The translations under genes were made by a program, and so were the position numbers. Positions 16,939 to 19,272 of a stretch of DNA of 19,272 nucleotides are shown here, piece after piece. Position 1 is the first letter of the stretch. Each line of letters opens with the position of its first letter. Where the stretch lies: positions 1 to 19,272 of the forward strand of contig MVCY01000057.1 in NCBI GenBank assembly GCA_002049985.1, written 5' to 3'. The notes beneath the pieces were generated by a model. That model did no database searches. It had not been told where the DNA came from and worked only from the letters and a program-made list of their open reading frames with translations. Source of the stretch: Candidatus Latescibacteria bacterium 4484_181 (GTDB taxonomy: Bacteria; Latescibacterota; MVCY01).

Positions 16939-17302
16939 ACGCCCCCAGGTAAGGGTATGGCTTATCTCCGCAGAAAAGTTCTCCGAAAAGCCCAACCTAA
17001 CTAGCGAAGTCTCCCACCTCAGACCGACAAGGCACAAGACCGGCGAAAAGAACCCGAACTCGAAGCTCGAAATTAGAAATGAATTCGAATGAAGAGAAAT
17101 CCTAACGCTCAAAACCAGGAGGCTTCTGCACAGAGTGACTCAAACTTTAGGATGTTCTGAATTTTGAACATCTTAATTTTGATATTGTCTCGATTGCAAG
17201 CTTCGGATTTCGGGATTCATAGCAGATTTTCTCTTCAAGGCAAAACTTGAACAGATTTTGAGATCTTGCCTTACAAAACGCATAGACGAAGTGAGAGGTT
17301 AG

Positions 17303-19003
17303 ATGCCTTACAAACCTGAGAATCCGATGGTTGTCCAGAGTGACCGGACTATTCTGTTAGAGGTAGACAATCCTCGTTACGAGGATGCCAGGGACCGGTT
17401 AGCAAGATTTGCTGAACTGGAGAAAAGTCCCGAACACATGCACACCTACCGTATAACTCCGCTTTCGCTGTGGAATGCGGCTGCCTCTGGGCTGAGCGCC
17501 TCTGAGGTGTTGGATACCCTGGGCCGTTTCAGTAAGTACGAGATCCCTCAGAATATTGAGGCTGAGGTGATGGAGTATATCTCTCGCTACGGGAAGTTAC
17601 AACTTTGTCGATCAGGAGAAAAGCTGGTCCTGAGCTCGACGGACGCCCACATCATCAAAGAGATCTGGCACAACAGAGAGGTGCGACCGTATCTGAAAGA
17701 ACTTGTCGACGGGAAGGCCATTCTGGTGGAACCCCGCTGCAGAGGCTACCTGAAACAAGAGCTCATCAAATTTGGTCTGCCGGTGGAGGATTTGGCGGGC
17801 TACGTCGAGGGCGCTCCTCTCACCTTACTGATACGTGAGAAAACGCGAAGTGGACGGAAGTTCCAGTTGCGACCATATCAGCAGCAAGCAGTTGAGGTTT
17901 TCCACGCCAGCGGAGGTGCAACTGGGGGTTCAGGGGTAATCGTGCTTCCCTGTGGGGCTGGTAAAACGATTGTAGGAATGGCTGCAATAGAGAAGCTCCA
18001 GACCCAAACCCTCGTCTTGGTGACCAATATCACTGCCCTCCGACAATGGGAGGAAGAACTGTTGGATAAAACCACTCTTTCTGCCGACCAAATAGGCGAA
18101 TACTCCGGAGAGAAGAAGGAGGTACGTCCTGTCACCATTGCCACTTATAACATCCTCACCTACCGAAGGAGCAGAGAGGAAGATTTTCCCCATTTTGAGC
18201 TGTTTAACCGGCAGAACTGGGGGTTGGTGATTTACGATGAGGTCCATCTGCTGCCAGCGCCGGTTTTTCGTATTACTGCCGAGATTCAAGCCAGAAGACG
18301 GCTGGGGCTGACCGCCACCCTGGTGCGCGAAGACGGAAGGGAGACAGATGTGTTCAGCCTCATCGGACCCAAGAAATATGATGTGCCCTGGAAAATACTG
18401 GAAAAGCAGGGCTGGATCGCGCCTGCCGAGTGCTGGGAAATAAGAGTGGAGCTTCCTCCACAATTGAGGCTCCGGTATGCAGCGACAAACCTGCGGAAAA
18501 AGTTCCGGGTCGCATCGGAAAACCCCGCCAAGGACGAATTGGTGATAAGGCTGGTGCACCAGCACAGAGGTGCCCAGATCCTGGTGATTGGACAATACAT
18601 CGCCCAACTGGAAAACCTTGCCCGAAAACTGAACGCGCCGATCATCACTGGCAAAGTGGGGAGTTGGGAAAGGATCAAGCTTTACAACATGTTCAAACGA
18701 GGCGAGATTAAACTGTTAGTGGTGTCCAAAGTGGCCAACTTCGCCGTCGACCTGCCGGATGCTAATGTAGCCATCCAGGTCTCCGGCACGTTCGGCTCCA
18801 GACAAGAGGAGGCTCAAAGGTTGGGCAGGATACTCCGTCCCAAGACAGATGGAAGTACAGCTCGCTTCTACTCCCTGGTTACTCGAAATACTACAGAACA
18901 GGAGTTCGCCGCAAACAGACAACTGTTCCTTACTGAACAGGGCTATAAGTACACGATTCAAGACGCGACAGTCTTCTTCAGCCTAAGAAGCCGGAGGCGA
19001 TAG
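17303..19003 (+). CDS. XPB/ERCC3 (Rad25)-like SF2 DNA helicase, 566 aa
   Basis: N-terminal damage-recognition-like domain, then helicase motifs: Q/I (LRPYQQQAV...LPCGAGKT), II (VIYDEVH), III with the XPB-specific RED motif (GLTATLVREDGRE), and VI (QRLGRILR). RBS GAGAGG lies 4 nt before ATG 17303. Confidence 0.85.
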   Translation: MPYKPENPMVVQSDRTILLEVDNPRYEDARDRLARFAELEKSPEHMHTYRITPLSLWNAAASGLSASEVLDTLGRFSKYEIPQNIEAEVMEYISRYGKLQLCRSGEKLVLSSTDAHIIKEIWHNREVRPYLKELVDGKAILVEPRCRGYLKQELIKFGLPVEDLAGYVEGAPLTLLIREKTRSGRKFQLRPYQQQAVEVFHASGGATGGSGVIVLPCGAGKTIVGMAAIEKLQTQTLVLVTNITALRQWEEELLDKTTLSADQIGEYSGEKKEVRPVTIATYNILTYRRSREEDFPHFELFNRQNWGLVIYDEVHLLPAPVFRITAEIQARRRLGLTATLVREDGRETDVFSLIGPKKYDVPWKILEKQGWIAPAECWEIRVELPPQLRLRYAATNLRKKFRVASENPAKDELVIRLVHQHRGAQILVIGQYIAQLENLARKLNAPIITGKVGSWERIKLYNMFKRGEIKLLVVSKVANFAVDLPDANVAIQVSGTFGSRQEEAQRLGRILRPKTDGSTARFYSLVTRNTTEQEFAANRQLFLTEQGYKYTIQDATVFFSLRSRRR

Positions 19004-19272
19004 GGAAAGAGGCAGAGTGGAGAGAAAACACATAGCACAGAGAGTAGGCAGTGAGCAGCGAGCAGCAAGCAGCAGTAAGGCCTTAGAAATAAGCAAGATA
19101 GAAGTGAAAATAACAGAGAAGAAGCAAGTGAAGCGCAGGTTGTAGAACCTAAGGTGTAGAGAACAGACATTCCAGAAGCCGTCACGAGGAGGTAACCCCT
19201 CGTGGTCGCCCAGGAATTAGGAAAGAAGACAACCAGAGGGTTGAGACAAGAAGGAGAAAGCACCGAGGGGCG
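19004..19272 (+). repeat. Strongly purine-rich (about 80% A+G) low-complexity tract running to the window edge, with GCA/CAG simple repeats (19051..19078) and one hairpin (19183..19204)
   Basis: Read directly. There are long runs without pyrimidines and the repeats GAGCAGC GAGCAGC AAGCAGC. The hairpin has stem CACGAGG/CCTCGTG with an 8-nt loop and overlaps a GAGGAGG Shine-Dalgarno-like motif and a GTG at 19202. Confidence 0.6.

Noticed and set aside
18958-19263. 101-aa minus-strand ORF across the purine-rich tract (Leu/Ser/Cys/Phe-rich)
   Set aside because: Its amino-acid composition is a direct consequence of translating a pyrimidine-rich strand. There is no start context or domain.
1-19272. 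Search for tRNA, rRNA, tmRNA, RNase P RNA, CRISPR repeats, transposase or integrase genes and IS inverted repeats
   Set aside because: No GGTTCGAnTCC-type T-loops, no regularly spaced direct repeats with spacers, and no recombinase-like ORFs were found by eye on either strand. Absence by eye is not proof; Infernal or tRNAscan would be decisive.

Overview
The window is mostly a division-and-cell-wall (dcw) cluster on the minus strand followed by unrelated genes on the plus strand. The minus-strand gene order is mraZ, rsmH, ftsL, ftsI, murE, murF, mraY, ftsW, murG, murC, then the first codons of a further gene at the window edge. Upstream of mraZ is a divergent promoter region with a clear MraZ operator and three near-consensus sigma-70 promoters across the window. 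The plus-strand genes are a stomatin/SPFH protein, a sodium:dicarboxylate (GltP/DctA-family) symporter, an ~870-nt stretch with no convincing gene, methionine aminopeptidase, a 5'-truncated M20 peptidase fragment, RNase Z and an XPB/ERCC3-like SF2 helicase. The window ends in a ~270-nt strongly purine-rich tract. I found no tRNA, rRNA, CRISPR array, transposase or integrase. The most striking observation is that many genes carry lesions relative to their well-conserved families, while their neighbours look intact. murC has two internal deletions with frameshifts. murF has a perfect 19-bp tandem duplication plus a second deletion and frameshift. ftsW has lost its C-terminus. rsmH and map carry in-frame deletions of conserved N-proximal segments. 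An M20 hydrolase has lost its N-terminal metal-binding half. murD is absent from its usual place between mraY and ftsW. MurG, MraY, MurE, FtsI, the stomatin, the symporter, RNase Z and XPB look full-length. This pattern suggests either ongoing decay of peptidoglycan-precursor genes or assembly artefacts; only the former would be biologically exciting. All product calls come from reading the six-frame translations against remembered family motifs; no database search was run.
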